From Terriglobales bacterium (lineage in GTDB: Bacteria > Acidobacteriota > Terriglobia > Terriglobales > SCQP01), in contig DATKSZ010000063.1 in the NCBI GenBank assembly GCA_035531375.1, forward strand, positions 3-64,002: a stretch of DNA of 64,000 bases. Reading direction: 5' to 3'. A model generated the notes under the pieces. The model was not told where the DNA came from and made no database searches. It saw nothing but the letters and a program-made list of their open reading frames with translations. The translations under genes were made by a program, and so were the position numbers. Positions 16,673 to 26,197 of this stretch are shown here, piece after piece. Every line of letters starts with the position of its first letter. Positions within the stretch are counted from its first letter, which is position 1.

Positions 16673-18505
16673 ATGGCCACTCTCGCCGCCGAATCCACTG
16701 CCTCGGCCACGCTGCTGAACGATTTCAGCCTGCAGGTCGCCACCGTCAACGGCAGCGGCAGCCAGTCGTCGAATTTGGTGCTGCTGCGCACCTTGTTCCA
16801 GATGGGCATCCCCATTTCGGGCAAGAACCTGTTTCCGTCGAACATCGCCGGCCTGCCCACCTGGTACACCATCCGGGCCAGCCGGCGGGGTTACGTGGCG
16901 CGGAAAAAGGAGATCGACTTCCTGGTGGCGATGAACGCGGAGACGGCGCGGGAGGACGTGGCGGCGCTGGAGCCGGGCGCCTCGGTGCTGTACGACGAGC
17001 CGCTGGGGCTGGGGAAGCAGCGCAGCGACCTGACCTTCTACGCGGTCCCGTTCGACAAGCTGGTGGCGCCGGTGTGCCCGGAGGCGAAGCTGCGCAAGCT
17101 GGTGCGCAACATGATTTATGTGGGGGCGGTGGCGCACCTGATGGGGATGGAGATGGCGGAGGTGGAGCGGGCGCTGCGGCAGCAGTTCAAAAAGAAGCAA
17201 AAGGCGGCGGACCTGAACTGGGCGGCGGTGCGCGCCGGCCACGACTATGCGGAGGCGAACTTCCCCCAGCCGGACCGCTGCCAGTTGCAGCGCATGCAGG
17301 CGACGCAGGGCAAGATCGTGATCGAGGGGAATGCGGCGGGCGCGCTGGGGTGCCTGTTCGCCGGGGTGTCGGTGGTGGCGTGGTATCCGATCACGCCCTC
17401 GAGTTCGCTGTGCGAGTACCTGATCGACTACCTGAAGAAGTATCGGCGCACGCCCGAGGGGACGGCGACCTTCGCGGCGGTGCAGGCCGAGGACGAGCTG
17501 GCGGCGGTGGGCATGGTGCTGGGGGCGGGCTGGATGGGGGCGCGGGCGATGACCTCGACCTCGGGGCCGGGCATCAGCCTGATGAGCGAGTTTGTGGGGC
17601 TGGGCTACTACGCCGAGATCCCGGCGGTGATCTTTGACATCCAGCGGGTGGGCCCCTCCACCGGGCTGCCGACGCGGACGGCCCAGGGCGACCTGAGCTT
17701 TGTGGCCACGCTGGGCCACGGCGACACCCGCCATCTGGTGCTGCTGCCGGGCAGCGTGGAGGAGTGCTACTCGATGGGGGTGGCGGCGTTCGACCTGGCG
17801 GAGCAGTACCAGACGCCGGTGTTCGTGCTGAGCGACCTCGACCTGGGCATGAACCACTGGATGGCCGAGCCGTTCGCCTACCCCGAGCAGCCGATGAACC
17901 GGGGCAAGGTGCTGACGGTGGAGGACCTGCAGCGGCTGCAAGGGGACTGGGCGCGCTACCGCGACCTGGACGGGGACGGCATCGGCTACCGCACCTTGCC
18001 GGGCACCGACCATCCCCAGGCGGCGTTTTTCACCCGCGGCAGCGGCCACAACGAAAAGGCGCAGTACAGCGAGAAGGCCAGCGACTACCAGGCCAACATG
18101 GACCGGCTGCGGCGGAAGTGGGAGGGGGCGCGCGCGCACGTGCCGGCGCCGGTGCTGGAGCGCGAGGCCGGCGGCGCGGTCGCGGTGCTGGCCTACGGCA
18201 GCTCGCATCCGGCGGTGGAAGAGGCGCTCGACCAACTGCGCGAAGAGGCGGGGCTGGAAGCCGCCTATCTGCGGGTGCGGGCGTTTCCCTTCGCCGCCGG
18301 GGTGGCCGATTTTGTCCGCCGCTTCGAGCGCGTCTATGTGGTGGACCAGAACCGCGACGGCCAGATGCTGGGCCTGCTGCTCGCCGACCTGGGAGCGGAG
18401 CTGGGCCTGCGCCTGCGCTCGGTCAAACACTACAGCGGCCTGCCGGTGGACGCCCGCAGCCTGAGCAGCGAAATCCTCCGCCAGGAGGCCGCCCGGGGCC
18501 GCTAG
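16673..18505 (+). CDS. korA: 2-oxoacid:ferredoxin oxidoreductase subunit alpha (fused gamma-alpha type)
   Basis: Start trimmed to ATG 16673 (MATLAAESTASATLLNDFSLQVATVNGSGSQSSN). GKNLFPSNIAGLPTWYTIR is typical of the gamma-like domain, and the alpha domain reads GNAAGALGCLFAGVSVVAWYPITPSSS. Confidence 0.9.
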   Translation: MATLAAESTASATLLNDFSLQVATVNGSGSQSSNLVLLRTLFQMGIPISGKNLFPSNIAGLPTWYTIRASRRGYVARKKEIDFLVAMNAETAREDVAALEPGASVLYDEPLGLGKQRSDLTFYAVPFDKLVAPVCPEAKLRKLVRNMIYVGAVAHLMGMEMAEVERALRQQFKKKQKAADLNWAAVRAGHDYAEANFPQPDRCQLQRMQATQGKIVIEGNAAGALGCLFAGVSVVAWYPITPSSSLCEYLIDYLKKYRRTPEGTATFAAVQAEDELAAVGMVLGAGWMGARAMTSTSGPGISLMSEFVGLGYYAEIPAVIFDIQRVGPSTGLPTRTAQGDLSFVATLGHGDTRHLVLLPGSVEECYSMGVAAFDLAEQYQTPVFVLSDLDLGMNHWMAEPFAYPEQPMNRGKVLTVEDLQRLQGDWARYRDLDGDGIGYRTLPGTDHPQAAFFTRGSGHNEKAQYSEKASDYQANMDRLRRKWEGARAHVPAPVLEREAGGAVAVLAYGSSHPAVEEALDQLREEAGLEAAYLRVRAFPFAAGVADFVRRFERVYVVDQNRDGQMLGLLLADLGAELGLRLRSVKHYSGLPVDARSLSSEILRQEAARGR

Positions 18506-18526
18506 GCGGCCGGAGCACACACACCC

Positions 18527-19573
18527 ATGGCCACCACCCTCACGCCCCCGCCCGCCCCCAAGCTCAACCGCATCGGGTTGCCGCAAACCGACTACCGCGG
18601 CTCGAAGACGACGCTGTGCGCCGGCTGCGGCCACAACGCCATCAGCGAGCGCATCATTGACGCCTGCTACGAGATGGGGGTGCACCCGCACCGCTTCGTC
18701 AAGCTATCCGGCATCGGCTGCTCGAGCAAGAGCCCGGCCTATTTTGTGGGGCGCTCGTTCGGCTTCAACTCGGTGCACGGGCGCATGCCGAGCGTGGCCA
18801 CCGGCGCGGTGCTGGCCAACCGCTCGCTGCAGGCGCTGGGCGTGAGCGGCGACGGCGACACCGCCTCGATCGGCCTGGGGCAGTTCATCCACCTGATGCG
18901 CCGCAACCTGCCGCTGATCTACATCATTGAAGACAACGGGGTCTACGGACTGACCAAGGGGCAGTTCTCCGCCACCGCCGACCTGGGCGCCAAGCAGAAG
19001 GGAGGGGTGGTCAACGACCTGCCCGCGCTCGACACCTGCGCGCTGGCGGTGCTGAGCGGGGCGACGTTTGTGGGGCGCTCGTTCTCGGGCGACAAAAAGC
19101 AGCTCAGCGCCATGCTGAAGGCGGCGCTGGCGCACCGCGGCACGGTGATGCTCGACGTGATCTCGCCCTGCGTCACCTTCAACGACCACGAGGGCTCGAC
19201 CAAGAGCTACAAGTACGTGATGGACCACGAGGAGGCGCTGCAGGAGCTGAGCTTTGTGCCCTCGTTCGAGGACATCGCCGTGGACTACGACCCCGGCAGC
19301 ACGCTGGACGTGGCCCTGCACGACGGCTCGCACCTGCGGCTGCGCAAGCTCGATCATGATTTCGATCCGACCGACGCGCAGCAGGCGCTGCGGGTGCTGA
19401 CCGAGTCGCATCGCTCGGGCGAGGTGCTGACCGGGGTGTTCTACCTGAACACGCACAAGCCCGACTTCGTCAGCCAACTGGGGCTGGTGGAGGAGCCGCT
19501 GGCGAGCCTGCCGGAGGCGAGGCTGCGGCCGCCGCGGGCGGTGCTGGACGAGATCATGCACAGCTTGGCCTAG
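18527..19573 (+). CDS. korB: 2-oxoacid:ferredoxin oxidoreductase subunit beta (TPP-binding)
   Basis: 348 aa with TLCAGCGHNAISERI and GVSGDGDTASIGLGQFIH (TPP motif). Confidence 0.9.
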   Translation: MATTLTPPPAPKLNRIGLPQTDYRGSKTTLCAGCGHNAISERIIDACYEMGVHPHRFVKLSGIGCSSKSPAYFVGRSFGFNSVHGRMPSVATGAVLANRSLQALGVSGDGDTASIGLGQFIHLMRRNLPLIYIIEDNGVYGLTKGQFSATADLGAKQKGGVVNDLPALDTCALAVLSGATFVGRSFSGDKKQLSAMLKAALAHRGTVMLDVISPCVTFNDHEGSTKSYKYVMDHEEALQELSFVPSFEDIAVDYDPGSTLDVALHDGSHLRLRKLDHDFDPTDAQQALRVLTESHRSGEVLTGVFYLNTHKPDFVSQLGLVEEPLASLPEARLRPPRAVLDEIMHSLA

Positions 19574-19620
19574 GAGCCAGCGCGGCTGGGAATCGCCCGG
19601 CATGGCAGTGTGGCCATAGT

Positions 19621-19978
19621 ATGGCAGTGAAGGTCACCTTTAACCTGGACGAGGCCACCATCGCGCGGCTGCAACGGACTGCGGGCGCCTGGGCAAGCCG
19701 AAGAGCGAGATCCTGCGCCAGGCCATCCGCGCGGCGCCACGGCGGACGGCTGCATCCGGCGGAGTGAGCGGCTGTTTCCCGCCGCTGCCGCGCTCCCGTT
19801 CGGCTGGGAAGAGGCGCAACTCAGCGCCGCGCTTTATCGCACCCTGCCGCGCGCCCGCGCCCGCGCGATGGGTTTTGGGATCGCTGCCTGTGCACTCCGC
19901 CAAAATGCCGCGTTGTGGACGTTGAGCCCGGCGGACTTTGCCGACATTCCCGGCCTGCGGCTCAGCGCGCCGGCTTGA
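19621..19978 (+). pseudogene. Decayed vapBC-like toxin-antitoxin relic (frameshifted RHH antitoxin fused to the C-terminal half of a PIN toxin)
   Basis: ATG 19621 gives MAVKVTFNLDEATIARLQRTA (RHH N-terminus). The expected continuation RLGKPKSEILRQAIRA is in another frame. A third frame reads LPFGWEEAQLSAALYRTL...GIAACALRQNAALWTLSPADFADIPGLRL*, a PIN C-terminal half. The PIN N-terminal half is missing. Confidence 0.6.
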
Positions 19979-20636
19979 CCCGGGGCGGCGTCGCCTTGGC
20001 CTGGCGCTGCAGGTCCACGGCGCGCCACAGATACCAACTGGCGACGCTGCGGTAGGGGCGCCAGCGCTCGCCCACCTGGGCCAATTCCTTGGAGGTGGGC
20101 AGGCGGCGCTTGCGGTAGGCGATGCGGTAGCCGTTGCGGACGCCGTAGTCGAGCGCGGGCAGCACGTCGGGACGGCCGAGGCGGAACATCAGCAGCATCT
20201 GCACGGTCCAGACCCCGACGCCGCGCACCTGGGTGAAGCGGGCGATGATCTCCTCGTCGGCGAGCAGCTCGACCTGTTCCCAGGCCGGGACCACGCCGGC
20301 GGCGACCTTGTCGGCGAGGTCGCGGACGGCGGCCATTTTTTGCCGCGACAGCCCGGTCGAGCGCAGCGCGGATTCTTCGGCGGCCAGGATCTGGGCGGGG
20401 GAAGGGAAGTCGCCGGCGCCCAATTGGGTTTTGATCCGTGCCAGAATCGCCGAAGCGGCGGAGGCGTGCAACTGCTGGTAGACGATGGCGTGGAGCAGGG
20501 CGTGGAAGGGATGCTGGGGGCGCTCGAGCGGGAGTTGGAAGCGCCCCACCTGGGCGATCAAAACGGCCATGCGCGGGTCGGCTTGTCGGAGATGGCGCAC
20601 GGCGGCCAAATGGTTGAAGGGGTAGGGGCGCTTCAT
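19962..20636 (-). CDS. DNA-3-methyladenine glycosylase II-like (HhH-GPD superfamily, AlkA-type)
   Basis: Start trimmed to ATG 20636 (MKRPYPFNHLAAVRHLRQADPRMAVLI). Motifs are AIVYQQLHASAASAI, the HhH VRGVGVWTVQMLLMF and the Asp region PALDYGVRNG. The upstream part of the track ORF overlaps the divergent SDR gene. Confidence 0.8.
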   Translation of the reverse strand: MKRPYPFNHLAAVRHLRQADPRMAVLIAQVGRFQLPLERPQHPFHALLHAIVYQQLHASAASAILARIKTQLGAGDFPSPAQILAAEESALRSTGLSRQKMAAVRDLADKVAAGVVPAWEQVELLADEEIIARFTQVRGVGVWTVQMLLMFRLGRPDVLPALDYGVRNGYRIAYRKRRLPTSKELAQVGERWRPYRSVASWYLWRAVDLQRQAKATPPRVKPAR

Positions 20637-20652
20637 GGGATGATCGTAGCGT

Positions 20653-21372
20653 ATGGCTGCGCTATCCGGAAAAGTGGCGATCATCACCGGCGCATCGAGC
20701 GGCATCGGCGCCGCCGTGGCCCGCAACTTGGCCGAGGCCGGGGTGCGGCTGGTGCTGAGCGCGCGGCGGCGGGAGCGGCTGGAGGCGCTGGCCGGCGAGC
20801 TGCCGCAGGCGGCGACGCTGGCGGGCGACATCGCCGACCCCGAAATGGGGCCGCGGCTGTTCGCCCTGGCGCAGGAGCGCTGGGGGGGCTGCGACATTGT
20901 GGTGAACAATGCCGGCGAGCTGGTGGTGGGGACGATCGAGGGGATTGACCTCGAGGCGATGGCGCACATGCTGGAGGTGAACGTGACGGCGACCTTCCGC
21001 ATGGCCTATCTGGCGGCGCGCCAGTTCCGAGCGCAGGGGCACGGGCACTTGGTGAACACCTCGAGCGTGCTGGGCAGCAAGGTGCGGCTGACGGCGGGCG
21101 CCTACAGCGGCAGCAAGCACGCCATCGAGGCGCTGGGCGAGGCGCTGCGGCTGGAGCTGGCGGGGACGCGCATCAAGGTGACCGCGATCGAGCCCGGGCT
21201 GGTGATGACCGAACTGCACGAGGGGCTGGCGGTGCATCCGCGCGAGCAGTTTGGCATTCGGCAGGCGCTGGCGGCGGAGGATGTGGCGCGGGCGGTGCGC
21301 TTCGCGCTGGAGCAGCCCGACCATGTGCTGGTGGCGAAGCTGATGATCTTGGCGGCGGACCAGTCGCTCTAG
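20653..21372 (+). CDS. SDR family oxidoreductase
   Basis: 239 aa with GKVAIITGASSGIGAA, NNAG and YSGSKHA (YxxxK). Confidence 0.85.
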   Translation: MAALSGKVAIITGASSGIGAAVARNLAEAGVRLVLSARRRERLEALAGELPQAATLAGDIADPEMGPRLFALAQERWGGCDIVVNNAGELVVGTIEGIDLEAMAHMLEVNVTATFRMAYLAARQFRAQGHGHLVNTSSVLGSKVRLTAGAYSGSKHAIEALGEALRLELAGTRIKVTAIEPGLVMTELHEGLAVHPREQFGIRQALAAEDVARAVRFALEQPDHVLVAKLMILAADQSL

Positions 21373-21402
21373 CAGCCGCGGGTCGCGCGGGGACGGGCGG
21401 GG

Positions 21403-23046
21403 TCAGGGCCGGTTTTTGCCGGCCAGAACCTCGGCGGCGCCGGGCTCGCGTTCGAGGTAGGGCAGGTAGGGGGTGATCTCGAAGGTGAGCTTGTCGCGGG
21501 GCGAGAGCAGGGCCTCGGCGGGGGCCTGCAGCAGGCTGAGGGCGTCGCTCCAGGGATCGAGCACGATGCGGGCGCCGAGGGGCAGGGCGGCGATCTGCTT
21601 GAGGTTGCGGACTTGGAGTTGGGGAGCGGAGGCGACCAGCGCCTGCATGCGGGCGAGGCGGCCCTGGAGCACCAGGGGGTTGCCGAGGTGGGGGCTGATG
21701 AGGTTGGGCACGCCGCGGGCGGCGTGTTGGAGGGCTTCGAGGAAGAGGCCGGCCGAGGCCATCTGGGATTTGTAGGGGGAGTGGGCGAGGAAGGCGAGGC
21801 CCTTCTGGTCGGCGGCGGCCTCCTCGGCGGGGGTGCGGCTGAGGCGCAGGCGGGCGAAGCTCTGGGCGTCGGGGAACATCATGCGGTCGTCGAAGGCGTA
21901 GTCGGTGTTGATGCTGTGGTCGAGGGCGATGTGGCCGAGCTCGTGGGCGAGGATCATGGCCAGGCTGGCCTCGTCGGGGAGGACATCGATCAGGCCGCGG
22001 CTGAGCACGATGGTGTGGCCGACGGTGAAGGACTCGAGCGGAGAGGTGAGCAGGACGCGGCAGCGCACCTCGGGATCGAAGCTGAGGTTGTTGGTGACCT
22101 CCAGGTTGTTGACCACGGTGGCGAGGACCTTGTCCACCGGGCCGGGAGGGGCGAGCAGGCCGGCCCGTTGCATGCGGGCGAGGACATCGTCCTCGGCCTT
22201 GAGCTCCCAGGCGCGCTGCTGGCCGAGGGGGGTGCGGTCGTGGGCGGTGGCGCTTTGGTCGCTGACCTGGCCGTCGGATTCCACCTGCATGTCGGTGAGC
22301 GAGGACTGCGCCCGGCCGGCGCTGAGCTGGTAGCCCCAGAAGCGGGTTTCGGCCTTGAAGGCGATGTGGCTGAACCAGCCGGTGCGCTGGTCGTTCTCCT
22401 GGCTGTAGACGGCGACCGGGAGCCAGAGGTGGGGACCGAGGTTCATGCGCCAACTGTCGAAGTGGACGTATTTGTGCTTGGGGTTGGGCACGTAGGTGCC
22501 GTCGAAGCGGACGATGGTGTCGCTCTGATCCTCGACCCAGATGCGGCCGACGAAGCTGCCCTTGGCGGTGCCGGGGAGGGGGGCCACGTCGAACATGAGG
22601 CAACGCACCGCCCCCAGGAACGCGCGCCCCTGGAAGGAGAAGCGGTAGTGGCGCTGGTCGAAGCGGGTGCGGTCGGGCATGATCATGCCGGCAAAGCCGG
22701 CGGGGAAGAACTCATGGGCGAGGTGGCCGAGGCTGGCTTCGGTGAAGAGCGGGTCTTGGACGCCGCCGCGCAGGTCGAGAATGCCGAGGAAGTAGGCGTC
22801 GTGGACGGGCGTGGCGCCGCGGTCGCGGTCGGGGCCGAGCTGCTGGATATAGGTCTCGACGCGGGGATGGAAGGCGGTGATCTGGCGGTCCACGGCGCGC
22901 TCGCGGGCAATGATGCGGTTGACCACTTGGTTCTGCGCGGCCTGGGGGGAGGCGGAGGCTTGGCCGGCGGCGGCGGAGGGCAGCAGCAGGGCGAGCAGAG
23001 CCAAGGCGGGGGTGCGCGGGGAGATGGACATGGTGGGGGCCCTCAT
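21403..23046 (-). CDS. Secreted M48 family zinc metallopeptidase
   Basis: 547 aa with a signal peptide (ALALLALLLPSAAAGQA) and the zinc motif MILAHELGHIALDHS. The start overlaps the tonB-like stop by 4 nt (ATGA). Confidence 0.85.
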   Translation of the reverse strand: MRAPTMSISPRTPALALLALLLPSAAAGQASASPQAAQNQVVNRIIARERAVDRQITAFHPRVETYIQQLGPDRDRGATPVHDAYFLGILDLRGGVQDPLFTEASLGHLAHEFFPAGFAGMIMPDRTRFDQRHYRFSFQGRAFLGAVRCLMFDVAPLPGTAKGSFVGRIWVEDQSDTIVRFDGTYVPNPKHKYVHFDSWRMNLGPHLWLPVAVYSQENDQRTGWFSHIAFKAETRFWGYQLSAGRAQSSLTDMQVESDGQVSDQSATAHDRTPLGQQRAWELKAEDDVLARMQRAGLLAPPGPVDKVLATVVNNLEVTNNLSFDPEVRCRVLLTSPLESFTVGHTIVLSRGLIDVLPDEASLAMILAHELGHIALDHSINTDYAFDDRMMFPDAQSFARLRLSRTPAEEAAADQKGLAFLAHSPYKSQMASAGLFLEALQHAARGVPNLISPHLGNPLVLQGRLARMQALVASAPQLQVRNLKQIAALPLGARIVLDPWSDALSLLQAPAEALLSPRDKLTFEITPYLPYLEREPGAAEVLAGKNRP

Positions 23047-24104
23047 GGGTTGGCGAGTTGGAACCAGACATGGATGAGCGCGCCGGTCTCGACCGGGGCG
23101 CCGTTGCGGCGGGCGGGGCGGAAACGGATGCGCTGGGCGGCGGCGACGGCGGTTTGGTCGAGGCCGTAGCCGAGGCCCTGGACCACGGCGAGGACGCGCA
23201 GGCGGCCGTCGGCCTGGAACAGCACGCGCAAGACCACCTCGCCCTGGATGTGGAGGCGGCGGGCCTCGGGAGTGTAGGCGGGATCGGGTTTGGCCAGGAT
23301 CTCGACCGGAGAGAGGACGGCGGCGGGGCGGGGAACGGGCGGCGGGGCGGCCAGGGCCGCGGGGCCAAAGCCAGAGGCTTGGATCCGGCCGCCGGCGGCG
23401 CCGGGCCTAGTGGAGGAGGCGGCGCCAAAGCCGGCGCTGGCCACCGCGTCGCCGCCCCGGCGGGAGGCGCCGAGCGCGGCGGCGCTGCCGAAGCCGGCGC
23501 TGGCAACGGCTCCGGCGCGGGCGGCGGCGGGGGAACCCGAGGGCAGATTGAAGCCGGCGGCGCTGACGTTGCCGCGCGGGGCGCGGGCGGCTAGGCGGGC
23601 GTTGGGGTCGCCGAAGCCGGCCGCCTGGAGCGGGCGCGGCAGGGGGCGCGGCGCCACCGCAGCGCTGGCGGCAAAGGTGTTGAGCCGCACCGGGCGCGGG
23701 GGCGCGGGCGGGGCCTTGGGTTGGGGCAGGGCGGGCAGGGGCGCACGGTTGGGCACCGGTGGCGGGGGCGGCAGCAGCCGCTTCACTGCCGGGCGTGGGC
23801 GCGGGGGGCGGGGAGGTGGCGGCGGGAGGGGTGCCAAGCGGTGCAACCGCAGCCGGGGCGGAACCAGCTTGGGCAGGGGCGGCAGCCGGGGTGGAAGGCG
23901 GGGCGGGGGCGGGGCCAACAGCGTCACCGTCAGGGGCGGGGGCGGCGCCGGCGGGGTCCAGGCGGTGGCGCCCACGGCGTAGGCGATGCCGGTGGCCAGC
24001 CCCACTTGGGCCAAGGTGCTGGCGCCCAGCGCCCAGCGGCGGCGGCGGCGGGCGCGGGCCGAGACCTCGATCAGGGCAAACAACTGGGGCGGCGGCGTGG
24101 GCAT
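23043..24104 (-). CDS. Energy transducer TonB family protein
   Basis: Start trimmed to ATG 24104 (MPTPPPQLFALIEVSARARRRRRWALGASTLAQVGLATGIAYAV membrane anchor). It has a long Pro-rich spacer and a C-terminal TonB_C domain (PAYTPEARRLHIQGEVVLRVLFQADGRL...FRPARRNGAPVE). Confidence 0.8.
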   Translation of the reverse strand: MPTPPPQLFALIEVSARARRRRRWALGASTLAQVGLATGIAYAVGATAWTPPAPPPPLTVTLLAPPPPRLPPRLPPLPKLVPPRLRLHRLAPLPPPPPRPPRPRPAVKRLLPPPPPVPNRAPLPALPQPKAPPAPPRPVRLNTFAASAAVAPRPLPRPLQAAGFGDPNARLAARAPRGNVSAAGFNLPSGSPAAARAGAVASAGFGSAAALGASRRGGDAVASAGFGAASSTRPGAAGGRIQASGFGPAALAAPPPVPRPAAVLSPVEILAKPDPAYTPEARRLHIQGEVVLRVLFQADGRLRVLAVVQGLGYGLDQTAVAAAQRIRFRPARRNGAPVETGALIHVWFQLANP

Positions 24105-24347
24105 GGGGTCGGCGTCCGCGTCCCGGGGGGTTCGCTGGCAGCGATGCACGTTGGGGGCCGTCGCGCAACGCCAGCGTTTTCCGCGCGGGCTTAACTGCCG
24201 GCTGGGAAAAAGTTCATAGCACGCGAGTTTCTGGGCCTTCCCGGACGGACTGCTGGTCGGCATAGATTGCCGCGCACGCCCGGCTGGCCGCCCTCGGCCT
24301 GGCCGTTTTGCAGCCGCCTCCGGTGCCGATTCGGGAGGCCGCAGCGC

Positions 24348-24375
24348 TTGACACGGTGGCAAATCCTCTTAGGCT
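24348..24375 (+). promoter_or_regulatory. Candidate sigma-70 promoter (TTGACA-16 nt-TAGGCT) ending 6 nt before the amidohydrolase ATG (leaderless type)
   Basis: Sequence gcTTGACAcggtggcaaatcctctTAGGCTcattccATGGTG. No SD. Confidence 0.35.
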
Positions 24376-24381
24376 CATTCC

Positions 24382-26127
24382 ATGGTGGAATTTCACTCTC
24401 TGTTCGAGGGCGCGTCGCGGCTGGCCTTGCCCACCGTAGTGGCAATTGCTGGCCTGGTGGGCACGGCGGCGGCGGGGGCGCAGGCGCCGGACGCGGTCTA
24501 TTTGCACGGCAAGATCATGACCATGGATGCCGAGCAGCCCACGGCCCAGGCGCTGGCGCTGCGGGGGGAGAGGCTGGTGGCAGTGGGCACGGACGCCGCG
24601 ATCAGCGCGCTGGCGGGGCCGCAGACCCAACGGGTGGACCTGAAGGGGCGGTTCGTGTTGCCCGGGTTTGAGGACGCGCACACCCACCAGCTGGCGGCGG
24701 GCACCGGCATGCTGGACTTGGACTTGAGCAACACCCGCTCGCTGCAGGAGTTGCAACAGCGCATTGCCGCCTATGCCAAGACGCTGCCGCCGGGGGAATG
24801 GATCATCGGCTCGCGTTGGGACCACACCTTGTGGCCGGGACAGCAATTTCCGACGCGACAGGACCTGGATCCCTACACCGGCGACCATCCGGCGTTCTTG
24901 AGCCGGCTGGACGGGCACGCGGCGGTGGCCAACTCGCTGGCGCTGGGCGCGGCGGGGGTGGGGCGGAACACGCCCACGCCGAGCGGGGGCGAGATCGGGA
25001 AAGATGCCGCGGGCGAGCCCAACGGCCTGCTGTTGGAGGGGGCGCAGGAGTTGGTGCGGCGGCAGATCCCGCCGATGACGATGGCGCAGCGGCGGCGGGC
25101 GCTGACGCTTTCGATGCAGGATGCGCTGGCGCACGGGGTGACCTCGGTGCAGGACTATTCGGACTGGAACACGTTTCTGACCTACGAGCAGATGGAGAAG
25201 GAGGGGGCGCTGCGCTTTCGCGTGGTGGAGTGGCTGACCTTCCTGGAGCCGCTGGCGACGCTGCAGGCGCAGCGGGCGCACCACGACCTGAAGGACCCCT
25301 GGCTGCACACCGGGATGCTGAAGGCGTTCATGGATGGCAGCCTGGGTTCGCGCACGGCGGCGATGCTGGAGCCCTACAGCGACGATCCGCACAACCGCGG
25401 CATCCCGCAATACCAACAGGCGGTGCTGAACCGGATGGCGATCGAGCGGGCGCGGGCCGGGTTCCAACTGGGCTTCCATGCCATCGGCGACCGGGCGGTG
25501 GAGATGGCGCTGAACGCCTTCCAGGCGGTGGCGAGCGCCGTGCCCGACCCGCACAACCCGCAAGCGGCGCTGGTGCGGCATCCGGCGGTGAGCGGGCCGC
25601 GCCCCCGCATCGAGCACCTGCAGGTGATCGCGCCGCGCGACATCGCGCGGGTGAAGCAGTTGGGGGTGATCGGCTCGGTGCAGCCCAGCCACCTGCTGGA
25701 CGACGACCGCTGGGCGGAGGCGCGGCTGGGGCGGGAGCGGGCGCGGGACTCGTATCTGTGGCAGACGTTCTTGCAGGAGGGCGTGGTGCTGGCGTTCGGG
25801 ACCGACGATCCGGTGGAGCCGGTGAACCCGATGCTGGGCATCTACTCGGCGGTGACGCGGACGAGCGCCGACGGCACGATCCACTATCCGCCGGAAAAGG
25901 AAGCGGTGACGATGGAGCAGGCGCTCTACGCCTACACCATGGGCGCGGCCATCTCGGAGTTCGCCGAAGACAACAAAGGGTCGCTCACGCCGGGCAAGCT
26001 GGCCGACTTTGTGGTGCTGTCGCAGGACCTGCGGGCGATTCCGGCGGCGGAGCTCCTGGGGACCCGGGTGGAGATGACGGTGGTGGGGGGCAAGACGATG
26101 TACACGGCGCCGGGCTGGGAGCCGTAG
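24382..26127 (+). CDS. Secreted amidohydrolase family protein (Amidohydro_3-type metal-dependent hydrolase)
   Basis: 581 aa with a signal-like N-terminus ending AAAGAQA and the HxH metal site in LPGFEDAHTHQ. C-terminal AFGTDDPVEP and GSLTPGKLADFVVL. Confidence 0.85.
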   Translation: MVEFHSLFEGASRLALPTVVAIAGLVGTAAAGAQAPDAVYLHGKIMTMDAEQPTAQALALRGERLVAVGTDAAISALAGPQTQRVDLKGRFVLPGFEDAHTHQLAAGTGMLDLDLSNTRSLQELQQRIAAYAKTLPPGEWIIGSRWDHTLWPGQQFPTRQDLDPYTGDHPAFLSRLDGHAAVANSLALGAAGVGRNTPTPSGGEIGKDAAGEPNGLLLEGAQELVRRQIPPMTMAQRRRALTLSMQDALAHGVTSVQDYSDWNTFLTYEQMEKEGALRFRVVEWLTFLEPLATLQAQRAHHDLKDPWLHTGMLKAFMDGSLGSRTAAMLEPYSDDPHNRGIPQYQQAVLNRMAIERARAGFQLGFHAIGDRAVEMALNAFQAVASAVPDPHNPQAALVRHPAVSGPRPRIEHLQVIAPRDIARVKQLGVIGSVQPSHLLDDDRWAEARLGRERARDSYLWQTFLQEGVVLAFGTDDPVEPVNPMLGIYSAVTRTSADGTIHYPPEKEAVTMEQALYAYTMGAAISEFAEDNKGSLTPGKLADFVVLSQDLRAIPAAELLGTRVEMTVVGGKTMYTAPGWEP

Positions 26128-26147
26128 GGGGGGGACGGGGCCGACGC

Positions 26148-26176
26148 TTGACAGGCGGGCCGGGCGGGACTATTAA
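26148..26176 (+). promoter_or_regulatory. Near-consensus sigma-70 promoter TTGACA-17 nt-TATTAA
   Basis: Sequence cgcTTGACAggcgggccgggcgggacTATTAAtacgcAAGGAGGtcattggtcATG. It is followed by a perfect AAGGAGG SD 9 nt before ATG 26198. Confidence 0.6.
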
Positions 26177-26197
26177 TACGCAAGGAGGTCATTGGTC

